Below, piece by piece: positions 47,913-57,019 of a stretch of DNA of 64,000 bases; the first letter of the stretch is position 1; every line of letters starts with the position of its first letter. Both the position numbers and the translations under genes were made by a program. The stretch is from positions 248,001-312,000 of the IMG/VR virus record IMGVR_UViG_3300032240_001991. One strand, 5' to 3'. The notes under the pieces are model-generated. The model was given only the letters and a program-made list of their open reading frames with translations, ran no database searches and was not told where the DNA came from.

Positions 47913-50555
47913 ATGAACGGCGCATCTGAGGCATTATTAGAAGAAATTTTAAGAGCTAATCAAGCCCAGGCGGCAGCCCTTAACAGACTAGCCAGTGGAG
48001 GTGGCGGAAGTGGAGGTGGCGGAGGAGCCGCAGCAGCTAACAAAGGCCTTCAAAGTTTAGGCGAAAGCTCCTTATCAGCAGTAGCGTCTTTGAATCCTCT
48101 ACGTGCAGGACTAAGTGCAGTAGCACTTGGAGTAAATGCAGCCAGTAAAGCTATAGGTGTTATGGCCGGAGCTACGGTTGGCGTTACATCAATATTAATT
48201 GAGTTTGGTAAAGCAGCAGCTAACGGTAAAGCCAGCATTTCTCAAGTTACAGGTGTATTAAGTGGATTACCGGGTCCATTTGGAATGATTGCAAGGGCAG
48301 CAACATTTGCTGCTCAGGTATTAGATACTAATGTTGCTACTCAACAAAAACTAGCAGCATCAGGAGCAAGTTTTGGCGGCAGTCTAACCCAGATGAGAGA
48401 CGCTGCTGCAAGAAGTTATCTAAGCTTAGATGAATTTGCAGGAGTGGTTGCTAAAAATGGCGATGTATTCCGCACTATGGGCGGTGATGTTCAAAGCGGT
48501 GTAAATCAATTTACTGCAATACAAGGCAAGTTAATGAGAGGTGAATATGCTAATAATCTAGCAACACTAGGTTATAGTATGAAAGACGCCGCAGATTTGA
48601 CTGCTAGCTACATGCGTGCCCAGGGTAGCATGAATAAACAAGGGTTACAAGATACTAATAAAGTTGCAGCAGGTGTTGCCCAGTATGCTCAAGAACTAAG
48701 CATGTTAAGTAGATTAACAGGTGAAAGTAGAGAAGCTCTGCAAAAGAAACTAGACGAAGAAAATCAAGAAGCACAATGGCAAGCTATGCTAGCTACTATG
48801 AGTCCTGAAAAAGCAGAGAAAATGAGACAAGGCATGCAGTTAGCCATGGCACAGGGAGGTAAAGGTGCAGTAGATGCCTTTAAGTCTATGGCTATGGGTT
48901 TGCCTCCAATGACTGAAGGTGCTAGATTGTATACTGCTACGCAGCAAGCTGGTGTAAAAACACTAGAAAAATATAATCAAAATGCAAATAATGCATCTCT
49001 TAGTACAGCACAAGCTGCGGCATTAAACAGAAAAGCATTAGCTGAACAGATAGCAACTGGTGCAAAAGATCAACAGAAGCTGCAAACAGTGTTAAGAGCT
49101 AGTGCGATGTCAGGCGGAGAATTAGCAAAGGTATTTGCTGACACCACTAAACTACAGACTTCATTTATGAAAGACGGTAAAATGATGTCAGAGAAGGAAA
49201 TTGAAGCTCAACTAGCTAAAATGGAAGCTGATTCAAAAAAATCAGACAGCGAAGCGTCCAATGCACAAGATATGCAAAAAGCTACAATGGATTTAACTAA
49301 TACCATTCTTGCTAAAATGATGCCGGCATTTAACTTCCTTTTAAACATTACTATGAAGACAGCAATGTTCCTTGGTACGTTATTTGATCCTATTATGAGT
49401 TTTGGAACTGACTTACTTAATAAAGTAATCATGCCTGCCTTTACAGAAATATTTGGAGCAATAGATCCCTCTGAAATAATGAAACCGTTTAAAGATTTTT
49501 TCAAAGGTCTAGTAGGCGGAGGAGGAATTGACTTCAAGGCCATTAAAGATACGCTAGTTACTATTCTTAAACCTATTGTTGCGTTCGGAAAAGAGTTGAT
49601 GTCGGCGATTAACTTTGAAGCAATTGGAAATTCGTTTCGAACTGTGTTTAGTAGTATCGGTAGATTGTTTACTTCTCTTTCAAATGTATTTTCAAAAGTA
49701 TTTGGTAGCACAGGAGGAGGAGAAGGATTTGCTACTAAGTTAGGTAATGCGGTTACAACATTTTTTACAACACTAGGTGACATTGTTGGTGGAATAATTG
49801 ACATTGTTACTTGGATTGTTGATAGTCCAGTTGGTACCTTTTTAATGACGACATTAAAAGCTGTGTTTGGATTTTTTATAGAAAGAATAGAGCAACTAGT
49901 TTCGTTTATTAGTGGTGTAGTTGATATAGTAAAAGGTATTGTTAAGTTTGTTAGCGGAGACTTTACAGGTGCATGGGAGAATATTAAAGGCGGATTAGGA
50001 AAAATAGTTACTTCTATTAAGAACTTTTTTGTCTCACTTGGTAAATTAATTTCAACAGTTTTTTCTGGTGGTTGGGAATTAATTAAAGGAGCCTTTATGG
50101 GTATACTAACATCCTTTATTGACGGCGTTAAGTCTATTGGAAAAGGAATTTGGAATTGGGTTACTGGTAAAAAAGAAGAAACGAAACCACCTGCTCCAAC
50201 ACCTGCTCCTGCTCCAACACCTGCCAAAGCTGCTCCTGCTAGAGCGGTTACTGCTCAACCAACTCCACCTGCTACCACACCCCCTGCTACGCCAGCGGAT
50301 CAAAAAGCTAAGGAAGATAGACAGGCTCAGGCACAGCAGCAAGCTGCTACTACAGCAGCAAAAGAGCAAGCAAAAGAACAAAAACAAGCCCAGGAGTCAA
50401 AACCAAAGACTCCGGATGAAATTATGCAAACTGAGTTAGGTACGTTAAATAAGAATATGGCTGCGTTACTTACATACGCTAGAGATACTCTAGGAGCTAC
50501 AAGAGATAACGTTAGTGCAATTAAAGCATTGAATAGAAATCTTTACCCGAGTTAA
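47913..50555 (+). CDS. tape measure protein
   Basis: 880 aa, Ala/Gly-rich and helical; LSMLSRLTGESREAL motif; amphipathic F/W-spaced repeats; adjacent to the frameshifting chaperone. Confidence 0.75.
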   Translation: MNGASEALLEEILRANQAQAAALNRLASGGGGSGGGGGAAAANKGLQSLGESSLSAVASLNPLRAGLSAVALGVNAASKAIGVMAGATVGVTSILIEFGKAAANGKASISQVTGVLSGLPGPFGMIARAATFAAQVLDTNVATQQKLAASGASFGGSLTQMRDAAARSYLSLDEFAGVVAKNGDVFRTMGGDVQSGVNQFTAIQGKLMRGEYANNLATLGYSMKDAADLTASYMRAQGSMNKQGLQDTNKVAAGVAQYAQELSMLSRLTGESREALQKKLDEENQEAQWQAMLATMSPEKAEKMRQGMQLAMAQGGKGAVDAFKSMAMGLPPMTEGARLYTATQQAGVKTLEKYNQNANNASLSTAQAAALNRKALAEQIATGAKDQQKLQTVLRASAMSGGELAKVFADTTKLQTSFMKDGKMMSEKEIEAQLAKMEADSKKSDSEASNAQDMQKATMDLTNTILAKMMPAFNFLLNITMKTAMFLGTLFDPIMSFGTDLLNKVIMPAFTEIFGAIDPSEIMKPFKDFFKGLVGGGGIDFKAIKDTLVTILKPIVAFGKELMSAINFEAIGNSFRTVFSSIGRLFTSLSNVFSKVFGSTGGGEGFATKLGNAVTTFFTTLGDIVGGIIDIVTWIVDSPVGTFLMTTLKAVFGFFIERIEQLVSFISGVVDIVKGIVKFVSGDFTGAWENIKGGLGKIVTSIKNFFVSLGKLISTVFSGGWELIKGAFMGILTSFIDGVKSIGKGIWNWVTGKKEETKPPAPTPAPAPTPAKAAPARAVTAQPTPPATTPPATPADQKAKEDRQAQAQQQAATTAAKEQAKEQKQAQESKPKTPDEIMQTELGTLNKNMAALLTYARDTLGATRDNVSAIKALNRNLYPS

Positions 50556-50561
50556 TAACAT

Positions 50562-52292
50562 ATGAGCTGGAAACGTCATTTTACCCCCGTTACATCAGGA
50601 TCAATGAGTCCACTGAGTACTTCTGGTCGAACAAATCCTACCAGAACAAACTACTCGTCGTACTTGCCTGATGTTTATAGCGGACATCCTAACCGTTTAG
50701 AACGATATGCGCAGTACGATACTATGGACATGGATCCTGAAGTTAATGCTGCCTTTGATATTCTTGCAGAATTTTGCACACAAACTAACGAAGAAAACGG
50801 AACACCGTTTCAGGTCTTTTTTAAAGAACAAGCAACTGCAACTGAAGTTAAAATTATCAAAAAGTACATGCAGCAATGGACCAAATTAAACAAGTTTGGT
50901 AATAGAATTTTTAAAATTATTCGCAACACATTTAAGTACGGTGACTGTTTCTTTATCCGTGATCCTGAAACACAATCTTGGTTTTATATTGATCCAAGTA
51001 AGGTTGACAAAATTATTGTTAACGAAAGTGAAGGCAAAGCGCCAGAGCAATATGTTATACGTGACATGAATGTTAATTTTCAAAACTTAACAGTTACGCA
51101 AATTAATCCAAGTAATCAAAATACTACTCCTGGCGGTACAACATATGTTACAGGTGGAGTACATCAGCGAGGTATGGTAGGTGCATATCCGCAGAGTTCT
51201 AGCAGCAGATTTACAATCAATCAGAACCAATGGGCTATTGATGCAAAACATGTTATTCATCTAAGCCTAAGCGAAGGATTAGATAATAACTTTCCGTTTG
51301 GCAACAGCTTAATGGAAACAATTTTTAAAGTTTATAAACAGAAAGAATTACTTGAAGATGCTATCATTATCTATCGTGTACAACGTGCACCTGAGCGTCG
51401 TGTATTTTATATTGACGTAGGTAACATGCCTAGTCATCTAGCAATGAGCTTTGTTGAGCGTGTTAAGAATGAAGTAAATCAACGTCGTATTCCTAGTGTT
51501 ACCGGCGGTGGCCAAAGTGTTATTGATTCGGGATACAATCCGTTAAGCATTAACGAAGATTACTTCTTTCCACAAACTAGCGAAGGACGAGGTAGCAAAG
51601 TAGAAATATTACCGGGTGGCACTAACTTAGGTGAGATTAGCGACTTGTTATTCTTTACACAAAAGTTAATGCGTGCGTTGCGTATTCCTAGCAGCTACTT
51701 ACCAACAGGTGTAGATGATAGCCAAGCAGTGTTTAGTGACGGTAAAGTTGGTACAGCGTATATTCAAGAATTAAGATTTAACAACTATTGCGAACGTCTA
51801 CAAAGCTTATTAAATGATCAATTTGATAGTGAATTTAAGTTATATCTTTATAGCAAGGGTATTAACATAGATCCTAATTTATTTGATGTTAGATTTAATC
51901 CACCTCAAAACTTTGCTTCTCATAGACAAGCAGAAATGGATTCTGCACGAGTTTCAACATATAGTGCTGTTGCTGAAATACCGTATCTCAGCAAAAGATT
52001 TGCATTAAAGCGTTTCTTAGGATTAACAGCAGAAGAGATTGCAGAAAATGAATCATTATGGCGAGAAGAAAACGTTGATAGTGACAGTGCAGGTAGCTCA
52101 AGTGCTCAATCAGATATGAGAACTATGGGCATAACTTCAGCCGGATTAGGCGCAGATGCAAATACATTAGGTCAGGCAGACTTAGGATCAGAAGAAATGC
52201 AAGGAGCCGGAGCTGTACCAGGTGCGCCTCCACCAGCTGCACCCGGTAGCGCGCCTGCAGCACCTGGGGGCAGTGCTCCTACTCCGGTATAA
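50562..52292 (+). CDS. portal protein, T4 gp20-like
   Basis: YKQKELLEDAIIIYRVQRAPERRVFYIDVGNMP, EDYFFP..EGRGSKVEILPGG.NLGEI.D. Confidence 0.95.
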   Translation: MSWKRHFTPVTSGSMSPLSTSGRTNPTRTNYSSYLPDVYSGHPNRLERYAQYDTMDMDPEVNAAFDILAEFCTQTNEENGTPFQVFFKEQATATEVKIIKKYMQQWTKLNKFGNRIFKIIRNTFKYGDCFFIRDPETQSWFYIDPSKVDKIIVNESEGKAPEQYVIRDMNVNFQNLTVTQINPSNQNTTPGGTTYVTGGVHQRGMVGAYPQSSSSRFTINQNQWAIDAKHVIHLSLSEGLDNNFPFGNSLMETIFKVYKQKELLEDAIIIYRVQRAPERRVFYIDVGNMPSHLAMSFVERVKNEVNQRRIPSVTGGGQSVIDSGYNPLSINEDYFFPQTSEGRGSKVEILPGGTNLGEISDLLFFTQKLMRALRIPSSYLPTGVDDSQAVFSDGKVGTAYIQELRFNNYCERLQSLLNDQFDSEFKLYLYSKGINIDPNLFDVRFNPPQNFASHRQAEMDSARVSTYSAVAEIPYLSKRFALKRFLGLTAEEIAENESLWREENVDSDSAGSSSAQSDMRTMGITSAGLGADANTLGQADLGSEEMQGAGAVPGAPPPAAPGSAPAAPGGSAPTPV

Positions 52293-52308
52293 TTGAATAA
52301 ATAACTTT

Positions 52309-52560
52309 ATGTTACTAAACGAATTCATTTATTTTAACGACAACGAACGGGAGATGCCTGATAAAAATCGTTATGATCCCAAGCATGACACTGGTGTTAT
52401 TAAAATGAGTGATCTGCGTAAAAGCAGACTAACGCTGCGTATGCTCAATGACCTACGAAAATCAAGTGAAGCTCACGAAAGAGAAAAGAAAGAAGATCTA
52501 GAGTTAGTTAGACAGATGTATGCAGCACCAAAACCTGAAGTTGGACCTGGGCTAATTTAA
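52309..52560 (+). CDS. small head-module protein
   Basis: 83-aa ORF between portal and core genes; TAAATA (52298-52303) lies 5 nt before the ATG. Confidence 0.75.
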   Translation: MLLNEFIYFNDNEREMPDKNRYDPKHDTGVIKMSDLRKSRLTLRMLNDLRKSSEAHEREKKEDLELVRQMYAAPKPEVGPGLI

Positions 52561-52585
52561 GGTTTTTGAAAAATTATCTAATCTA

Positions 52586-52645
52586 AGGCCAAAACGGCTC
52601 GTTTTTGGCCTATTTCGCATAAGTATTCCACAATGGTTGTAAATA
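52586..52645 (+). promoter_or_regulatory. inverted repeat/hairpin followed by the late promoter of the core-protease-scaffold-capsid operon
   Basis: AGGCCAAAACG-GCT-CGTTTTTGGCCT (52586-52611); TAAATA at 52640-52645. Confidence 0.55.
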
Positions 52646-52691
52646 ATAGTACAGCCTTGCCAAGTTTTAAAAAAAATAAGGAGAACCCGCA

Positions 52692-53687
52692 ATGTCTAAC
52701 AAGTTTGAAAAACTACTAGACTATTTGGTAAACGAAGAAATGGAAAAAGCTAATGAACTTTTCCACGAAATCGTTGTAGAAAAGTCTAGAACAATTTACG
52801 AAACTCTAATTGCTGAAGAAGCAGAAGATGAAGAAATGGATGAATCTAAAATGTGCTCATCTTGCCACAAGGCACCATGTGAGTGCGATGAATCTGTAGA
52901 AGAAGATTCAGAAGAAGAAGATGAATCCGTAGAAGAAGGAGTTTACGACGAAGAAGAAAGCATGATGGAAATTGGAGGAGATTCTTCCGATGACTTCGTT
53001 GACAGCGTTGTTGATCGCGGTGCTATGGATTCCGACGGTGCTATGGATGCTGGCCAACGTATGGGTGGCGGCATGGACGGCATGGATTCTGATGACGAAG
53101 AACCAGCTACAAAAGACGACATTCAGCGAGTTGAAGATGCTCTAGAGCAACTAACTGCAGAATTTGAAGCTCTATTAGCTGATAAAACTGAAGATGACTC
53201 AGAATTTGACGACGAAGATGACATGGACATGGACATGGACTTTGACAGCGAAGACGACGGCGAAGAAGACAGCGAAGAAGACGATGAAGAAGACGCTGAC
53301 GAATTTGACGACGAGGAAGATGCTGACGAATCATTTGTTCGTGAATATCGCGAAGTTGTTGCAAAAGGCACCTATGACAAGTTTGGAAAGAACTCAGAAG
53401 ACAGTGTTAACGCTAAGAGTGCAGTAAATGCTAACCCAAGCGATCGTCCAGTAACCAAAGCAAATGCTAAAAACATTGCTCAGAGTAATGGCGGCGAAGG
53501 CAAAATGGACGGCACAAAGACCAATATGGGCGCAAATGCTAAGAGTCTAGCAGGTAGTGTTAAAGGCAAGTTTACCGACGGCAGCACATTAAATGTTGAC
53601 GGTAAGCAGACTAAGGGCTACGACAAGAGCACTAAGAAGCCATCAAAGGAATCAAACGTTAATACTAAAGACGTTCTTCCTAAGTAA
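52692..53687 (+). CDS. acidic prohead core protein
   Basis: Very D/E-rich; upstream of the protease; AAGGAG SD. Confidence 0.7.
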   Translation: MSNKFEKLLDYLVNEEMEKANELFHEIVVEKSRTIYETLIAEEAEDEEMDESKMCSSCHKAPCECDESVEEDSEEEDESVEEGVYDEEESMMEIGGDSSDDFVDSVVDRGAMDSDGAMDAGQRMGGGMDGMDSDDEEPATKDDIQRVEDALEQLTAEFEALLADKTEDDSEFDDEDDMDMDMDFDSEDDGEEDSEEDDEEDADEFDDEEDADESFVREYREVVAKGTYDKFGKNSEDSVNAKSAVNANPSDRPVTKANAKNIAQSNGGEGKMDGTKTNMGANAKSLAGSVKGKFTDGSTLNVDGKQTKGYDKSTKKPSKESNVNTKDVLPK

Positions 53688-53696
53688 GGAACAGGG

Positions 53697-54329
53697 ATGA
53701 AAAACTTATCATATCTAAGAGAACACCTAAGCTTTGATCAAGCCCAAGTTGTTCTTGAATCAGACGATAAAGAAGGCAAGAGCCTTTATCTTAAAGGTAT
53801 TGCCATTCAAGGCGGTATTCGCAACGCTAATCAGCGGGTTTATCCAGTTGGTGAAATCGCTAATGCTGTCAAGACTCTTAATGATCAAATACAAAACGGG
53901 TATTCTGTGCTAGGAGAAGTTGATCATCCCGATGACCTAAAAGTAAATTTAGACCGTGTTAGTCACATGATCACAAACATGTGGATGGACGGTCCTAACG
54001 GATATGGGAAGATGAAAATTCTTCCCACTCCAATGGGTAATTTAATTCGTACAATGCTCGAATCAGGTGTGAAGCTCGGAGTTAGTAGTCGTGGTAGCGG
54101 AAACGTTGACGACCGTACAGGCCAAGTAGCTGACTTTGAGATTATTACAGTTGATATCGTTGCCCAACCTAGTGCACCAGGAGCTTATCCTACACCAGTC
54201 TACGAACACCTAATGAACGCAAGAGGTGGTAATAGAGCGGTTAGGGTGGCGCATGAGGTTAAACAAGATCCTAAAGCACAGCAGTACTTAAAAGAGTCGC
54301 TGCTGAAAATAATATCCGGTTTGAAATAA
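53697..54329 (+). CDS. prohead protease, T4 gp21-like
   Basis: NANQRVYP, LGEVDHP, RVSH, TPMG, LGVSSRGSG, DIVAQPSAPGAY. Confidence 0.95.
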   Translation: MKNLSYLREHLSFDQAQVVLESDDKEGKSLYLKGIAIQGGIRNANQRVYPVGEIANAVKTLNDQIQNGYSVLGEVDHPDDLKVNLDRVSHMITNMWMDGPNGYGKMKILPTPMGNLIRTMLESGVKLGVSSRGSGNVDDRTGQVADFEIITVDIVAQPSAPGAYPTPVYEHLMNARGGNRAVRVAHEVKQDPKAQQYLKESLLKIISGLK

Positions 54330-54342
54330 CCGTAAGGAGATA

Positions 54343-55443
54343 GTGATGTTGGACGCATTCAAACAATTAGTAGAATCAGGCGTGATGACAGAAGAGACAA
54401 AATCAGTTGTTGAAGCTGCATTTGCTGCTAAGATTCAAGAGAATCGCGACCAAATCACCGCTGAACTTCGTGAAGAATTCGCTCAAAAGTACAGTCATGA
54501 CAAGACTGTAATGGTTGAAGCAATTGACAAGATGTTAAGCGAGCGATTGGCCGCAGAAATGGCTGAGCTTGCAGAAGATAAGAATGCACTAGTTGAGGCT
54601 CGTGTTGCTTATCAGCAAAAAATGAAGGGTGACGCTAAGGTATTAGAGTCATTCATCGTTGGCCAGCTAGCAAAAGAAATGGTTGAATTCCAGAGCGATC
54701 GTAAGAAAGTTTCTGAAAATTTTTCCAAGTTAGAAAAATTCGTTGTTCATGCATTGGCAAAAGAGATTTCAGAATTTGCTACAGATAAAAAAGATCTAGC
54801 AGAAACTAAAGTTAAACTCGTAAGAGAAGCCAGAGCAAAGTTTGACGAAATAAAGACAGAGTTTATTAAGCGTAGTGCAAAGGTAGTTGAGAACGCAGTT
54901 ACTAAGAAATTAACATCAGAAATCAAGCAATTGAAAGAAGATATTGATAGTGCTCGTAGCAACGACTTTGGACGTCGTTTATTTGAAGCATTTGCCCAAG
55001 AGTATTCTAATTCTTACCTAAACGAGAAGTCCGAAACAAGTAAATTGTTAAAGATTATTGAAAAGAAAGAACTAGAATTGCACGAAGCAAAAACAGCTAT
55101 AGAAGAAAAGCAGCGTATCGTTGAGTCCCGCGAGAAAGAAATCCGTATCGCTAAGGACACAGCCGAGAGAAGAGCTATTCTAGGCGAAATGTTGGCTCCG
55201 TTAGGTGCTGACAAAAGAGAATTAATGCGCAGTTTACTTGAGAATGTACACACAAACAAGTTAGCTGTTGCATTTGACAAATACCTACCCGCAGTGATGG
55301 AAGGCGAGACAAAGAAAGTGGCGAAAGCTACTTTGACGGAATCGACTGCTGTAACAGGCGATCGTGAAGTGAAGGCTGCTCAGCCACAACAGGTAGGCTC
55401 AGATAACATTTTAGAAATCCGCAAGTTAGCGGGTCTAAAATAA
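54343..55443 (+). CDS. prohead scaffolding protein, T4 gp22-like
   Basis: Coiled coil located between protease and MCP; FGRRLFEAF; C-terminal IRKLAGL. Confidence 0.85.
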   Translation: MMLDAFKQLVESGVMTEETKSVVEAAFAAKIQENRDQITAELREEFAQKYSHDKTVMVEAIDKMLSERLAAEMAELAEDKNALVEARVAYQQKMKGDAKVLESFIVGQLAKEMVEFQSDRKKVSENFSKLEKFVVHALAKEISEFATDKKDLAETKVKLVREARAKFDEIKTEFIKRSAKVVENAVTKKLTSEIKQLKEDIDSARSNDFGRRLFEAFAQEYSNSYLNEKSETSKLLKIIEKKELELHEAKTAIEEKQRIVESREKEIRIAKDTAERRAILGEMLAPLGADKRELMRSLLENVHTNKLAVAFDKYLPAVMEGETKKVAKATLTESTAVTGDREVKAAQPQQVGSDNILEIRKLAGLK

Positions 55444-55467
55444 TTTTTACTATTCAAGGAGACATTA

Positions 55468-56643
55468 ATGTCACAGTTATTAAATGAAAGATGGTCCGAG
55501 ACAAAGGAAGCTCTGCTTGAAGGCCTATCGGGTAATCGCCGCGCTTCAATGCAGGTTTGCTTAGAAAATACACGCCGTCACTTGGCAGAAGCCGCAACAA
55601 GCGGTGCAACTAGCGCAGGCAACGTTGCAACACTTAACCGTGTAATTCTTCCAGTAATTAGACGTGTTATGCCAACAGTTATTGCTAATGAAATCATTGG
55701 CGTTCAGCCAATGACCGGTCCTGTTGGTCAGATCCACACTCTACGTGTTCGTTACGCAGACAGTGGAGACGGAGTAGTAGCAGGTGAAGAAGCACTAAGC
55801 CCATTCAAGATTGCTGCTGCTTATTCTGGTAACAATGTGGATTCAAATCCAAAGGCTGCTTCAACAAGCAACTTAGAAGGTGTACCAGGTAAGAGAATGA
55901 GCATCCAGATCCTCAAAGCTCCAGTAGAAGCTAAGAGCCGCAAGCTATCAGCTCGTTGGACATTTGAGGCTGCACAGGATGCACAGGCTCAGCAGGGCAT
56001 TGACATCGAAGCAGAAATCATGGCAGCACTAGCTCAGGAAATCACAGTTGAAATTGACCAAGAAATCCTAGCTTCACTACGTGGTCTAGCTTCAGTAGAA
56101 GAAACATATGACCAGGCACTAGTTTCTGGTACAGCAACATTCGTCGGTGACGAACATGCTGCACTAGCAATTCAGATCAACCGCGTCAGCAACCTAATTG
56201 CACAGCGTACACGTCGTGGCGCAGGCAACTGGGCTGTAGTTTCTAACCAGGCTCTAACAATTCTTCAGAGCGCAACAACAAGTGCATTCGCACGTACCAC
56301 AGAAGGTACATTTGAAGCACCAACAAACACTAAGTTCGTTGGTACACTAAACGGCGCTATGAAGATCTATGTTGACAGCTACAAGGCTGATACAGACAAC
56401 AACAACCAGGTTCTAATTGGATATAAGGGTGGAAGCGAAGCTGATGCACCAGCATTCTACTGCCCATACATCCCGCTAATGAGCTCAGGTGTTGTACTAG
56501 ATCCAACCACATTCGAGCCAGTCGTAGGCTTCCTAACACGCTACGGTTATGTTGAACTCAGCAACACCGCAAGCAGCTTAGGTAACGCTGCCGACTACCT
56601 CGGTAAGGTTGCAATCAACAACGCAACAGTAAGCTTCAAGTAA
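55468..56643 (+). CDS. major capsid protein, T4 gp23-like
   Basis: PVIRRVMP..IA.EIIGVQPMTGPVGQI..LR, KSRKL.A.WT.E.AQD, EI..EIDQEI, FYCPYIPL, DP.TFEP..G..TRYG. Confidence 0.97.
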   Translation: MSQLLNERWSETKEALLEGLSGNRRASMQVCLENTRRHLAEAATSGATSAGNVATLNRVILPVIRRVMPTVIANEIIGVQPMTGPVGQIHTLRVRYADSGDGVVAGEEALSPFKIAAAYSGNNVDSNPKAASTSNLEGVPGKRMSIQILKAPVEAKSRKLSARWTFEAAQDAQAQQGIDIEAEIMAALAQEITVEIDQEILASLRGLASVEETYDQALVSGTATFVGDEHAALAIQINRVSNLIAQRTRRGAGNWAVVSNQALTILQSATTSAFARTTEGTFEAPTNTKFVGTLNGAMKIYVDSYKADTDNNNQVLIGYKGGSEADAPAFYCPYIPLMSSGVVLDPTTFEPVVGFLTRYGYVELSNTASSLGNAADYLGKVAINNATVSFK

Positions 56644-56667
56644 TAGAATTACTTGCAATAGCATACA

Positions 56668-56697
56668 GGAAACCCGCCGCAAGGCGGGTTTTCTTTT
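56668..56697 (+). terminator. intrinsic terminator after MCP
   Basis: AAACCCGCC-GCAA-GGCGGGTTT followed by TCTTTT. Confidence 0.9.
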
Positions 56698-56714
56698 GTC
56701 CAAATAAATAGTTA

Positions 56715-56936
56715 ATGCGAATTAACGAGATATTAAACGAATTAGGTGTTGGAGGAGGCAGGTCTTTTAAAGGCAGTCCTTGTACCAAAGATTGTTCAGG
56801 ACATTCAGCCGGATATACCTGGGCTAAAAAGAAAGGCGTTAAAAATAGAAATCAATGTCCTGTTAAACCATCACATCAAAGTTTTTCAAACGGTTGCAGA
56901 ATCGCAGGCGATGAAGAAAGCGAAGACACAGAATAA
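56715..56936 (+). CDS. small Cys-containing protein
   Basis: MRINEILNE N-terminus; CTKDCSGH.AGY.WA...C....SF.NGC; TAAATA lies 4 nt before the ATG. Confidence 0.7.
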   Translation: MRINEILNELGVGGGRSFKGSPCTKDCSGHSAGYTWAKKKGVKNRNQCPVKPSHQSFSNGCRIAGDEESEDTE

Positions 56937-56946
56937 ATAGCTTGTC

Positions 56947-57019
56947 AGCCTACATAGGGTAGGTTTATGCAGAACCTAACTGCGTATCGACATAGAACGT
57001 CAACATAAGGAGAAAACAA
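56947..57019 (+). promoter_or_regulatory. candidate structured 5' leader RNA
   Basis: Follows TAAATA (56934-56939). Hairpins 56947-56965 and 56966-56986 have complementary loops UAGG/CCUA, then a small GAC/GUC hairpin and SD AAGGAG. Confidence 0.55.

Noticed and set aside
47897-47917. Mini-ORF MAKIII* overlapping the tape measure start
   Set aside because: It is six codons long with no SD and cannot be distinguished from chance
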